Origin: Nitrospirota bacterium
GTDB taxonomy: Bacteria > Nitrospirota > UBA9217
Assembly: GCA_963818475.1 (NCBI GenBank)
Contig: CAWFSF010000003.1
Coordinates: forward strand, 96,001-160,000
Direction: 5' to 3'
DNA: 64,000 bases
Shown: positions 10,089 to 20,460 of the stretch, one piece after another
How the letters are laid out: the number at the start of each line of letters is the position of its first letter
Position numbering within the stretch: position 1 is the first letter of the stretch
Made by a program: the position numbers and the translations under genes
The notes under the pieces: generated by a model
What the model saw: only the letters and a program-made list of their open reading frames with translations
The model's database searches: none
What the model was told of the DNA's origin: nothing

Positions 10089-10231
10089 CCGGACAGCGAA
10101 TCCAAAAAACGACCGTCTTTCCGGGTTGACGTTTTTACTGGAAAAAGGATTTTTTTTATCCGGTTTAAAAAAATAGTGCTATACTCGAACCAAAGAGGTT
10201 GCAAAAGTTGCAAGAAAAGAGGTGACTTGAA

Positions 10232-10642
10232 ATGAAAAAAATTTTATCGATGGTGGCCGTAGTAGGGTTCGTTCTTGCTTTCGGAATGGCCTATGCTGAT
10301 TCCCTGTTGGACACGCTTGATCCGAGCAAAGTTCCCGGCTATGTGGAACTGGAGACCGGGGCGGTTACCCTGCCTGCGTCACACCCGTTTATCATGGAAC
10401 GGGGGTCAGCGGCAGGCGGCATCAGCATGGAGCCTGACACGTTCCTGAACTATATCGACCCGAGCGGGCTTCGCGGTTATATTGATCGGGAGACCGGGGT
10501 GGTCAACGGAGGGCACGTGATATTTACCGCACGAGGGTCGGCGGCAGGCGGCATCGGCATGGAGCCTGACACATTCCTGAACTATATCGACCCGAGCAGG
10601 CTTCCTGGTTTTGTTGACCTGGAGACGGGAGTTGTTAACTGA
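10232..10642 (+). CDS. Secreted tandem-repeat protein (RGSAAGG repeats)
   Basis: Signal peptide; ~45-aa repeat; RBS; downstream terminator. Confidence 0.85.
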   Translation: MKKILSMVAVVGFVLAFGMAYADSLLDTLDPSKVPGYVELETGAVTLPASHPFIMERGSAAGGISMEPDTFLNYIDPSGLRGYIDRETGVVNGGHVIFTARGSAAGGIGMEPDTFLNYIDPSRLPGFVDLETGVVN

Positions 10643-10671
10643 CGGGGAGAAGTTTCACCGGCTAGAGTATG

Positions 10672-10702
10672 AGGCCTGCCAGAGCTGGCAGGCCCTTTTT
10701 TT
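10672..10702 (+). terminator. Intrinsic terminator
   Basis: ggcctgccag-ag-ctggcaggcc followed by T run. Confidence 0.85.
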
Positions 10703-10767
10703 GTGTTTACCCTTGACCCGGTTGCGGGAATGGCAAATTTTTCCTGCTGTATTTTTTTACATTCCGC

Positions 10768-11166
10768 TCAGGGGGTTTTCCTCTTTTTGAAATCGTTCAT
10801 CGAAACGACCTGCGCGGCATCCGTTTCGGGCGATGCCGCCGGTTCGCGGCTGCTGTCGCTTCTCATAAACTGCACGCCTGCTTCCTGGGAAAACACGCCG
10901 ACCAGATCATCGTGATGAATGTACACCTCTTCTTTGCGTGCGCCAAAGGCGAGGATGCAGGTGAGATTTCCCTCGGCATCCCAGTCCAGCGCGGCATTGG
11001 TTTTGTCGTTGAAGACCAGGATCAGCCCTCGCTGCATCTCTTCTTCTGTAAAGCCGCGCTTGCCGATACTGGTCCTGCTCGAATGCTTCACGAGGAGATA
11101 GACGCTTCCAAAATCGTTCCAGATATCGTAAAACAACTTCTGCAGATACGCTACTTGTTTCTTCAT
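10768..11166 (-). CDS. SspB-like (ClpXP adaptor) protein
   Basis: L.W...G.L...L.FG...E.V.I pattern; C-terminal VVSMNDFKKRK resembles an SspB ClpX-binding tail. Confidence 0.55.
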   Translation of the reverse strand: MKKQVAYLQKLFYDIWNDFGSVYLLVKHSSRTSIGKRGFTEEEMQRGLILVFNDKTNAALDWDAEGNLTCILAFGARKEEVYIHHDDLVGVFSQEAGVQFMRSDSSREPAASPETDAAQVVSMNDFKKRKTP

Positions 11167-11244
11167 GATAATTGCCGCCCTCTCCAAACGAAGGGAGTCA
11201 CTCTCCGTGGATGATGCAGGTTGCACAAAAAAAGACGCCGCGTG

Positions 11245-11769
11245 CTACGAGTCCAGACCCCCCCTGACAAATGTGCTCTGCTGAACCGAATGCTCCAGAA
11301 CGGCAATTCGTTTTCCATTCAGGTCCAGCATCGATTGTATATTACTGCCTTTGAGAGCATAGACCTGCGACCAGGAGGACAGGACCGGGACCTCGTGAAA
11401 AGAGTACATCTTTTCCCGGTCCGTCGTATACGCCACATCCGGCATGAGGTCGATCTCCCCTTTTGCCAGGCGGTCCAGTCCCTCCGCCCAGGTGCCGGAT
11501 ACATAGCGCAGCTCCCACCCTTCGCTTTTCGCTATGTGCTCGATGATATCGATAAAGATGCCTGAGGCTTTGCCGGATCCGGAGGTGAAGACCTTCGGGG
11601 CGTTTTCATAGACGCCGACGGTCACGGTCCTGACATCGGCCCCAGCGGGAGTGGCTGCAAAAAATGAAAGGATCAGCAGGACAAAAAAGGTGAAAGAAAG
11701 ATCGGTATGCGGGAAGGAAACAGGGAGCTGGAAAAAGGGGAGGCCCGTTCTGTGGTTACTGATCCCCAT
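11245..11769 (-). pseudogene. Truncated periplasmic-binding (PBPb) sensor domain gene
   Basis: VGVYENAPKVF, GIFIDIIEHIA, GEIDLMPDVAYT; ends abruptly mid-domain. Confidence 0.65.
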
Positions 11770-12131
11770 GCGAGGTCCTCTCAGCCGAAGCAGTCATAGC
11801 GCAGGCCGGCTGCAAAGCCGGCATCCAGGGAAAGCTCAGAAATGAGTTCGGTTTTTGATATGTCCGTTCGCCGGTCCATGGTCGTATCCGGAGGTCCTTT
11901 GAACAGGATCAGCCTGTGAGTAAAACGCCGATCTGAACAAGGAACCTCGTATCCTGGTTCTAAGAATATACCAGAAAGTCGATCACATGCAATCGAAAAT
12001 GTTCCCCCGGCAATCGTGACAGGTGCGACTCGGAAACAAAGCGGCCAATTCCGATCGCTGTTTTTATGACCCTTGAGCGTTTTCGAATTTTTTAACGTAG
12101 TAAGTCTAAAATAAAACACAACTTCCCCGGG

Positions 12132-12581
12132 TCACCCCCGTCGCTTCAATGTCAGGTCGATCATCGCGGAACGGTGCAGCGCGCGGGACCTGCGTTGAGT
12201 CCTGCCCTCCAGGCTCATCGGCCCCGAGCCGAAATAAGCGATCAGGAAGGCTGCGCCGAGCAGGGAGAGGTTCTTCATGAAATCGACCTGTTGGAACGCG
12301 GCCGCGGCCGGATCGGCGATATTCCAGAAGTTATGGTTCAGCAGGGTCACCGGCGCGAGAAAAATAACGATGAGCATGGCGCCTTCTTTTGCCTTATACC
12401 CGACGAGGATGCACACTGCTCCCAGCAGCGAGATGATTCCCGCCAGCGGGACAGAGACCCAGGCCATGGGAACGCCCTGGTTCGCTGCATACTGGATCGT
12501 GCTTTGGGTGAAATGACCGGGTACGGAGAGCAGAAACACCGCGGCATAAAGAATCCTTCCGAGCAGAACCAGCAGGTTCAT
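12132..12581 (-). CDS. DoxX family membrane protein
   Basis: LGRIL, HNFW, FMKNLSLLGA, GSGPMSL motifs. Confidence 0.9.
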   Translation of the reverse strand: MNLLVLLGRILYAAVFLLSVPGHFTQSTIQYAANQGVPMAWVSVPLAGIISLLGAVCILVGYKAKEGAMLIVIFLAPVTLLNHNFWNIADPAAAAFQQVDFMKNLSLLGAAFLIAYFGSGPMSLEGRTQRRSRALHRSAMIDLTLKRRG

Positions 12582-13004
12582 AGCTTATTCCTCCTTATTT
12601 AAAAGGACATGGTGATCACGCGGGCACCAGCAGGCATCGCGGAGCGTCACTGATAGATTACGCTCATTCTTTTTTTTCTGCAGCTAAAATTCTCTCTCCT
12701 TTCAGCACGAACCTTTTTTATGTTCCCCGCAAGTTTTCGACGTCTAGGGTCGAAGAGGCTGCGCCCCAAATTCATTATGATGCTCCTCACAGCCTTATTG
12801 ATCCGCTCGAGAACGCGGCACGTCAGTACCTTAAGAAGGATGGATAGGGGCTCGCGTTTTTTTGGGGTCAATAAAAGAAGGGGCTTCCGGGTTTGGTGTG
12901 GGTGATTTTTACCTGGTTTTAACTCAGTTGGTCAGAGATGAAGTGCATTCCGCGAGTATAGGTCCGCTCCGGAGACGTGCGGGGTTTACGATGCACGATA
13001 AGGA

Positions 13005-13772
13005 TCATTTCCTGGTCGAGAAGCTCAAGAAGAAATCAGTTGCCATCGCATTGCCTGTCAGGTCCATCACCCCGGCGCTCAGCCGGGCCGAGTACCGCGT
13101 ACCTTTCTTAAGATCGCTGTACGGCGTGAAGGTGGCCGTGGTTCCGCTGTAACTCATGGTACAGGGAGTGGTCTCGCTGCCTGCAGTGAGCGTGAATACT
13201 ATGGTTGCCGGGTCCACCGGCTCGCTAAAGGTAATACTGATGGTAGCATTCGGCAGAACGACACTCCCGTTTTCAGGCATGGTGTCTATTACGCCGGGAG
13301 GTGTCGTGTCCGGCGCCGCTCCGGTGCTAAATGAACTGATATAGGGAGCGGCCATGGGAATCCCGTACGAATCCATTACGCTGCTGTCGACGGTGATTTT
13401 ATAGAGAGTCGCCGGGATCAGTATGGACGACGGCGTGAAGACAGCAGTGGAGACACCGGCGCTGTCCTGATAGGTGATCGCTCCCGGGACGCTGTTTAGG
13501 CCGGTAGTAAGCGTGATCGTTTGACCATTGATGGTTGAGGCATCCATTACTTCGCTGAACAGTATCGTGATGCCATCACTCTCATTCAGGTTGATCGGGA
13601 CACCCACCGATCCGTTTGCAGGAATGGTCGAGTTCACCCGGGGCGGTGTCTCGTCTGGAGGCGGAAGCGGTCCCTCCCGGCCGCAGACTGCGGTCAATGA
13701 TGCCACGGCGAGAACAACCGCTAAGAGCAGTGACGATTTTTTCAATGCCAGAACTCCTTCAGACTCCAGCAT
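13005..13772 (-). CDS. Ig-like (Big_5) protein, 2 domains, paralog of 8828-9889
   Basis: Near-identical DNA to the first domain of the 8828-9889 gene. Confidence 0.9.
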   Translation of the reverse strand: MLESEGVLALKKSSLLLAVVLAVASLTAVCGREGPLPPPDETPPRVNSTIPANGSVGVPINLNESDGITILFSEVMDASTINGQTITLTTGLNSVPGAITYQDSAGVSTAVFTPSSILIPATLYKITVDSSVMDSYGIPMAAPYISSFSTGAAPDTTPPGVIDTMPENGSVVLPNATISITFSEPVDPATIVFTLTAGSETTPCTMSYSGTTATFTPYSDLKKGTRYSARLSAGVMDLTGNAMATDFFLSFSTRK

Positions 13773-13842
13773 GCCGCTGGAAAATTAACGTAACAGAGAA
13801 ATACAGTCTTTCAGGATTAGTTCACTTTTTGGATTTCCACAT

Positions 13843-13955
13843 CTACTACCTAATACCTAGCGCAGGCCGGGCGTAAAGTAAAGTTGCCGGAAGGCGTAAA
13901 GATTGAATTTTTCCATTTTCATCCTCTCCAGTGCTACATTGGTATTATGAGTCAG
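13843..13955 (-). promoter_or_regulatory. Conserved upstream element of Big_5 gene, copy 2
   Basis: Matches 9974-10088. Confidence 0.6.
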
Positions 13956-14000
13956 TGGAGAAGTCTGACTGCAGTGATGATCTGAAACAAGTCGCAGCAC

Positions 14001-14993
14001 TCAGCGGCTCTGCTTGCTGTCTATGACGACCAGCCGGTCGCTCCCCGATTCCGCGCCCCAGACCTCTCCCGGCCGTCCCAGAAGCTGGCGCACGTTCGCG
14101 CCTTTGCGGTCACTCGGAAAGCCGGTAAATTTTCCGGTCTTCAGCTCAAAGCGCACAATGGCGTTCGCTCCGAAATCCGTCAACCAGACATCGTCCCGCT
14201 CATCCACATACACAGCGTAAGCGCGGGGAGATCCGCCCGGCAGTTTCCAGCCCTGCCACTCCCTGCTTTCCGGATCATAGACGCTCACCTGTCCCGAGTT
14301 CCATTCGCTTACCCAGATCCTTCCCTTCGAATCAGACCAGACGCGGCGGGCACCCTGGTCCGGAGTGGGCGGCTGGATCACGACGGCCCTGCCCGTTGCA
14401 CTATCGATCCGTGCGATGTGGCTGCCGGCGAGAGAGGCATAATAAACGTCCCCGCGCAACGTCGCGGCGATGCCATAGGGGCCCCGGCCGCGGGGAGCAT
14501 CGAACACCTGCATGCCCCCTGTTTTCGGATCAAACCGACCGTACACGCCGCTCTGGCCGGTGAACCAGAGGATGCCGTTCTTGTCGAATGCCGCGGTGTT
14601 CAGGTTTGCGTGTGCTTTGTTTTCGGGCAGCGGAAAGACCTTGATCGCTTTTGTTTTCGGATCGACGCGCACGATGGCGTTGAGGCCGCTGTCCGTCACC
14701 CATGCCGCGCCGTCAGGACCGACGATCACCCCGTGGGGCGCAGACCCGCTGCCAAGGGGGACTTCCTCGACCTTGCCTGTCGTGGGATCAAGCCTGCCGA
14801 GCGAAGCCCGGGCCTGGGCAGTGTACCAGACCGTTCCATCAGGCGCCGGAGCAACATCATGGGGCTGGGAGCCCCGGGGGACAGAGTAATAGCGGACCTC
14901 CTGCGCGCTGGAAGCTGCACTGAATGTTGTCAGGGCCAGAAACGCGGAAAGAGAGAAGATCGATTTTGCTCGTGTATTCCTGGAGTACAGCAT
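14001..14993 (-). CDS. Virginiamycin B lyase-like (Vgb) beta-propeller, secreted
   Basis: Repeated PH.....PDG..W blades; signal peptide. Confidence 0.85.
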   Translation of the reverse strand: MLYSRNTRAKSIFSLSAFLALTTFSAASSAQEVRYYSVPRGSQPHDVAPAPDGTVWYTAQARASLGRLDPTTGKVEEVPLGSGSAPHGVIVGPDGAAWVTDSGLNAIVRVDPKTKAIKVFPLPENKAHANLNTAAFDKNGILWFTGQSGVYGRFDPKTGGMQVFDAPRGRGPYGIAATLRGDVYYASLAGSHIARIDSATGRAVVIQPPTPDQGARRVWSDSKGRIWVSEWNSGQVSVYDPESREWQGWKLPGGSPRAYAVYVDERDDVWLTDFGANAIVRFELKTGKFTGFPSDRKGANVRQLLGRPGEVWGAESGSDRLVVIDSKQSR

Positions 14994-15117
14994 GACACCC
15001 TCCTTTCCGAAGCATCAGTTTCATCCCTGGACAGAGACAAAGAGAAACCAGCCGAGTTAGGTCAGTACTCCCTGCAATGGTTCTAAGCTGTTTTTGGTTC
15101 GGGTGACAGATTCTCTG

Positions 15118-15738
15118 TCAGAATCCGATGCCGACCGTCAATGCCAGGAACAGGTAGTACTCAACTTCGGTATCCTGGTTGCATGAAGTTCCGACCCGGG
15201 ACGCGGGAGCGGTATATTCGCACGAGGTGGACGAAAAGAATTTACCGATATTGAGCGCGGGCATGATTGAGACAGACGAGGAGCCGATCGGGAAGCGTGC
15301 GCCGATATCCACATTCGCTCTGAGGGAATCGGTGTCTCCTGTGCCCCGAAACTCGTCCGACCTTCCCTTGTTCTGGGTGAACGTCCAGTCCGAGCTCCAG
15401 TATCCCAATGTTCCGCCGATGAAGAGCCCCTGCATGCCGCCGGAGGGATAGTAACGCGCGCCAATGTCGGCGCCCTTCGGCCTTCCTTCTTCAAGCAATA
15501 CACTATCGTCGGACTTGTAGACAACCTCGCTGGCCCGTCCCAGGAACGCGATCTTCGAGCCGAGCATATGTTCGTACTCAAGAATGTAGACAGTCGCTTT
15601 ACAGTGCGGCATGGTCTTTATCACTCCGCCAATGCCGAAATTAATGGAGTTCTCGGGTTCTGCAAATAGGGTCCCCGGGGTCATCGCCCCTGTAGCAACG
15701 GCTGCAACGAGCAGAACGATCGCCAATGGCCTCTTCAT
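15118..15738 (-). CDS. Outer-membrane beta-barrel protein
   Basis: Signal peptide MKRPLAIV; amphipathic strands; C-terminal VGIGF. Confidence 0.8.
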   Translation of the reverse strand: MKRPLAIVLLVAAVATGAMTPGTLFAEPENSINFGIGGVIKTMPHCKATVYILEYEHMLGSKIAFLGRASEVVYKSDDSVLLEEGRPKGADIGARYYPSGGMQGLFIGGTLGYWSSDWTFTQNKGRSDEFRGTGDTDSLRANVDIGARFPIGSSSVSIMPALNIGKFFSSTSCEYTAPASRVGTSCNQDTEVEYYLFLALTVGIGF

Positions 15739-16015
15739 GATCTTCTCCTTTCTTTTATCCTGTGTGAAGTCTGCATGTAACCAGTATAGCACTGCATGTT
15801 TCTTACATGGTTCCCATGCGGAACAAGAAAGGTGACAAGGACCACAGGTGCCAGGGGGAGATACCAGATCATCAACACGAAGGAAGTGATGCAAAGACGC
15901 AGAAGTTTGCAATGGGTGGCGGATGAAGATAACAAAAAGACACAGCGAGAAACGTGCAGTTTCTCGCCGCAAGATGACCTTTTTCGCTGAGCCGATGCCT
16001 GAGCTGCTTATGCTC

Positions 16016-16696
16016 CTAATCCTTAAAGAAACCTTTTCTCGGTTTCGGTTCCGGAGACGAGAAAAAACCTCTTCTCGGCTTCAGCTCCTCTTTTTGCACG
16101 GGCTTTTGTTCAAGTTTTTGTTCGACTTTTTGCTCGACTTTTTGTTCGGGTATTTGTTCGGGTTTTCGTTCCAACACCTGCATCCGTATCGCTTCGCCAC
16201 CGGCACGAGTGATCTGGCCTTCCATTTTTGCTCCCTTTTGTATGCAGAGCGTCTCCTTGTAGAAGATCTCCCCCGTGCCTTTCGCGGCGGATCCGAGCTC
16301 CACGTCGTTGCTCTCAAGACTGCCGGTGAACTCGCCGTTTATGTGGATCCTGTCTTTTGCCTGGATCTTGCCGCCGAGGAACTTGCCGGTCACCTTCACG
16401 TACCCTCCGGCGCTGATATTCCCTCCGCTCATTTCGCCTTCGATCTCGACGCTGCCTCCCTTGGCATCGATGTTCCCCTTGTACGTGCCTTTGATGAAGA
16501 TGCTTGCATTGTTCTCGGCAATGATATCCCCCTCGAGGTCGCCGTTCATCTGCAGGTCCTGGCTGACGACCATGTTGCCGGTAACTTTGCTTCCCTTGAA
16601 TATCGTGTTAATTCCCTGCTCGACGGTTTTATCCGCGCTCGCCGCGATATTCTTCTCTGCTACCCTGACCTCGATCATCTCTTCCTGTTTTAGCAT
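16016..16696 (-). CDS. Bactofilin (polymer-forming cytoskeletal protein), extended beta-helix
   Basis: NTIFKGSKVTGN, GEFTGSL, IQKGAKMEGQI; EQKx tail repeats. Confidence 0.85.
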   Translation of the reverse strand: MLKQEEMIEVRVAEKNIAASADKTVEQGINTIFKGSKVTGNMVVSQDLQMNGDLEGDIIAENNASIFIKGTYKGNIDAKGGSVEIEGEMSGGNISAGGYVKVTGKFLGGKIQAKDRIHINGEFTGSLESNDVELGSAAKGTGEIFYKETLCIQKGAKMEGQITRAGGEAIRMQVLERKPEQIPEQKVEQKVEQKLEQKPVQKEELKPRRGFFSSPEPKPRKGFFKD

Positions 16697-17038
16697 TTTT
16701 ACCCTCCGAGATCTGAATTTGACGGCTCCGCTGCCGTATCGCACAACCTTGCGTCACATAAGAATTCTGCCTCTCCTTTCAGAATGAGAATAGAGGAATC
16801 TGAGAGAACAATCTGTGACCAAGATCACCTATGACCGAAATGAAATTTGTCAGGCCGCACGAGTTGATTCTAAAGAGGCTCGAAAAGGAAGGGAATGGCA
16901 GAAGGGATTGAGCTGGCGAGTTGCTTCATTGACGACAGGTTTTTCAAGGACCTTGGCGGAAAGGAGCAATTACGGTGTTAAATATCATCTAGCGACAATG
17001 ATGTCATCAGTGAGATTTGATTCCAGAAGTTTTTGAAC

Positions 17039-17242
17039 CTATGAGGTTTCTTTGCGGGTAGTTGAGGCCGCTGGTGTGTCGGCAGAGAGGGATACCTGGA
17101 CTTGCTGTTGGCGGAACCGCGGGCAGAGGGCAAACCAGAGGCCTTTACAATATTCCTCCGATGAGAAAAGAGTGTGCGCGAACACATCTCTTGTAGATCT
17201 GCAGGGTTTCAAACGACTGCTTGGGAGTAGTGGGCAATCCAT
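17039..17242 (-). CDS. Small Cys-containing hypothetical protein
   Basis: RBS gaggag; 4 Cys (CP, C, YC, CP); sigma54-like TGGCA-N6-ATGCA at 17292-17307 on the minus strand. Confidence 0.55.
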   Translation of the reverse strand: MDCPLLPSSRLKPCRSTRDVFAHTLFSSEEYCKGLWFALCPRFRQQQVQVSLSADTPAASTTRKETS

Positions 17243-17456
17243 ATTTTCTCCTCATAAATTTAAAACTCATCACATTTACAAGGGCTATTTCTGCATTCTT
17301 CTTGCCATTTTAATCTGTAGGAAAATTAAGTGGTTTCAGGAAGGCGCTCCGGAAATTGTGCCATTTTTCGCGAGCGGATGACATAATACGGCACTCGAAA
17401 GGAAACAACACGAGTTGTGAAGCAAGGAAAGTACACGAGAGAAAGAAAAGTCGTTT

Positions 17457-17481
17457 CACGCGGAGGCGCGGAGACGCGGAG
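17457..17481. repeat. Short tandem cgcggag repeats
   Basis: cacgcggaggcgcggagacgcggag. Confidence 0.55.
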
Positions 17482-17598
17482 AAAACCTTACGATTCGTGT
17501 TTAGCTTCTCATCAATGGATAGTGCTGTGCCTTGACAATATCCTTTAAATGGGTGACCCTACCGCCTCACCATAGTCACCTCGATCTATTTTCAATGT

Positions 17599-19574
17599 TC
17601 AGGATTGCTTTTCCGCTTTAGGGAAGAGCCTGGCGATCACGATCATCAGGATCAGGGTCACCGCGCCGAGCACCGCGTAGAGCCCCCAGCTCTTGTCCTC
17701 GAACGCTCCCACGAAAGCGTTCTTGAACCCAGCGGAGCTTGCCGATTCGACGCTCCCCATCTCCACGGTCTTCGGCAGGACATCGGCCAGGTGCGCCTGC
17801 ACCAGGGTCAGGTCGTACTTCGCCGGCGCTGACCTTCTCGTTCCCGCCGTAGAGCGCGTACTCCCCGGCAGCAGACGCCAGGAAGAGCAGCGCCGGCGCG
17901 GCGTAGCTCGCCTGCAGCTTGCGAAGCTCGATAGGCCGGTTGTCGCCGTGCTCCATGGTGATGCGCAGCTTCTTCGCATCCAGCGGCAGGCCGGCGAGCG
18001 ACAGCCGCAGGACCGATGAGGTCTGCGAAGCGTTCTGCCAGCGCATGGTCCTCCAGACCTGCCACCCCGCGCGCCCCTGGAGCGGCAACTCGAACTGCAC
18101 CGTACGGTCGAAGATCCCGGCGGACTCGGCGGTGAGCTCCCGCAGGTCAGCTGACCGGTCCGGCAGCTCGACGGTCCAGAAGGTCCTGTTTTTCTTCTTG
18201 TCGTACTCAGGCGCTGCCGCAAGGTCGATCACCTGCTCCTCGCTCGGGCCGGAAAAGTAAGGGACCTGGAGGCCGTCCTTCACGATCCGGACCGTGCCGA
18301 AGCCCGCGCGAAGGCTTGCGTCGCGGTTCAGCACCAGCCGGTAGTATCCTGCCTCAGTGACCTTCAGCCGCGATCTGCCAGCGGAACCCCTTCCCGTCAA
18401 AGGGCCCGCCCGCGACAGCATACTTCGCGAGCAGGCTTTCAGGCTGCCACTGGGAATTCTCCTGCATGGGAGAGAATGCGACAACGGCACTGACCTTCCG
18501 CTCCTTGTCCCCCGGCGTCTCCTTGATGTTCACCTGGGTCCCCAGGCCGGTCTGCGCTTGGTAGGTGCCGGCCTTGTCAGCGTAGAAGGTCATGCGCGGC
18601 AGGTTCACGACAATCGCCATGGACTTGACCGCGCCGACGTACCTGTTGCCCGGATCGAGCCGCAGCACGAGCGAGCGCGTGGCCCAGTAGCCGTTCACGG
18701 GGATCTCGAGCAGCGCGCCGTTTTTTCCCACGGTCGTGACGCTGCCGGAGAACAGCTTCTCGAACTGCAGCTTGCCGCCGCTCACCACCTCGGACGCCCA
18801 GCTCCCAGTTGCCCTGGAACTGCGCCTCCGTCGCGAGCTCGATGTTCTTGATCCAGAGCCCCAGGCCCGGCAGGGTGGCAGCGAGGACTCGAACGCGGTC
18901 GTCGGTCTTGTCCGAGAACTTGAGCGGCACGGACTGCTGAGCGTAAGTCCTGCGCAGCGTTCTTGCCCGAAAGGGTCACCGAGGTCACCGGCAGGGTCGT
19001 CTCGCGGAAACGTTTGTCGTAGCCCTTGAAGCTCAGGCGGAGTTTCTCGTAGATGGCTGGTTTGATGATGATCTCGGCAGCAAAGCGTCCCCCGGTCGAA
19101 TAGAGGGCCGCGTTCTCAGCCAGCACGCGCCAGCCTTTTGCGTCCAAGCCCTCGATCTTCACGGTCCCCATGGTCTGCAGGGCATCCACGTCGATCCGGA
19201 TTGTCTCGACGAGCAGGTCCTTCGGCGCGTCGGCTTCCCAGACGAGCATGCGCTTCTTGTCGAAGAGCAGGCGGCTGGGCTTGAGCGCAACGCTGCGCGG
19301 TCCGGTGTCGCCTTTCCAGAAGAGCTCGAAGGAGCGCGGATTGTCGTCCGGCCCGACCAGGGTCAGGTCCAGCTGCGAGGTCTTGGCCGCGCCGTCCGTC
19401 CCGAAGAAGACCCCGGCAGGCAGCACCGTCTCGATCAGCCCCGGCTGGGTGACCTGCGCCGATGGCCTGATAGTGCCATTGCTGGTCGGCCAGAGCGGGA
19501 TTTGGAGATGCGATAAGGATAAGAACGAGGATGATGAAGAACGTTGAAGTTCGGTACTGTTTCATGCAGGTCAC
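17599..19574 (-). pseudogene. DUF3999-like membrane-anchored protein, split by several frameshifts (possibly sequencing errors)
   Basis: Pieces in consecutive ORFs: signal peptide, HGDNRPIEL, YALYGG, KYDL, C-terminal TM WGLYAVLGAVTLIL. Confidence 0.75.
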
Positions 19575-19643
19575 CTTTCTTCGAGGCCTTTATGATGTCA
19601 TTGCGATAAGTGAAGCGACAAAGCGCGTTCTGCTTCGATCCGA

Positions 19644-20045
19644 TCAAACGCTCCAGTCCGCAATCTTCAGGTTCTTTATTTGCTTAAACTCTTTGGTATT
19701 ATTGGTAACGAGGGTCGCGCCAAGCGCATGTGCGTGCGCACCGATCAGCATGTCCATCGACCCGATGGGCTTTCCCGCTCGTTCGAGCTCTGCCCGGATT
19801 GCTCCGTATTCCTGTGCCGCCTTTTCATCGAAGTCCGCGATTTCGAGCGAAAGAATGAACTCATCGAGGGCCTGCTGGTTTTTCTCTACGTGCCGGCTCT
19901 TGGATACGCCGTAGCGAAGCTCAGCAAGGGTTATGGATGAAATGCCGATATCGCCGATAGCGTGAGATTTGAAATGTTTGATCACTTTGGCGGGATTTTG
20001 TTTGATGAGGTAAATGCAGATATTCGTATCCAGCATATACTTCAT
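19644..20045 (-). CDS. vapC: VapC PIN-domain toxin
   Basis: YMLDTNICIY, ELRYG, IGSMDMLIGAHA, LVTNNTKEF. Confidence 0.95.
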   Translation of the reverse strand: MKYMLDTNICIYLIKQNPAKVIKHFKSHAIGDIGISSITLAELRYGVSKSRHVEKNQQALDEFILSLEIADFDEKAAQEYGAIRAELERAGKPIGSMDMLIGAHAHALGATLVTNNTKEFKQIKNLKIADWSV

Positions 20046-20272
20046 CAAAAGTCCTCCCGTTTTTGCATCTTCGGCTGCTTCCGTTCAACCATGAAGTCAT
20101 CGGAAAATTTATCGAGGCTCTGGATCAGGGTGTCCCATGAGTTCTTTGTCGGGATCAGCACTACGACGTTTCCTGACTTCTTCACGTACACGTGGTCATC
20201 CTCGAAACGAAATTCCTTAGGCAGGCGAACAGCCTGACTTTGTCCATTTTGAAACAGCTTTGCGGTCTTCAT
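20045..20272 (-). CDS. vapB: VapB (AbrB-type) antitoxin
   Basis: AKLFQNGQSQAVRLPKEFRF; overlaps vapC start. Confidence 0.95.
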   Translation of the reverse strand: MKTAKLFQNGQSQAVRLPKEFRFEDDHVYVKKSGNVVVLIPTKNSWDTLIQSLDKFSDDFMVERKQPKMQKREDF

Positions 20273-20460
20273 TACGCACCTCCAATTAGTCTATACGGTC
20301 AATATATACTAATTGAAATCAGATCGCAAGAGGCTTTTAGGTAATTGCAGTGCGATCAGTTGGCAATGTGCAAAGCCTAACATTAAAAGCTGGTCCCGTC
20401 GTCTTCGAGAAAAGGACTAAATGCTACAAAAGAGACTTGACCCTAAGATGTTCCTTCGCT

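Noticed and set aside
11781-12119. 112-aa minus-strand ORF
   Set aside because: No recognisable motif or RBS; likely intergenic
14001-14993. Streptogramin resistance gene
   Set aside because: Vgb-like propellers are widespread and this one is secreted; resistance cannot be inferred
17804-19370. agggtcaggtc copies at 17804 and 19359
   Set aside because: Inside DUF3999 coding sequence as Asp-Leu-Thr-Leu codons with no AT-rich flank; not counted as element ends
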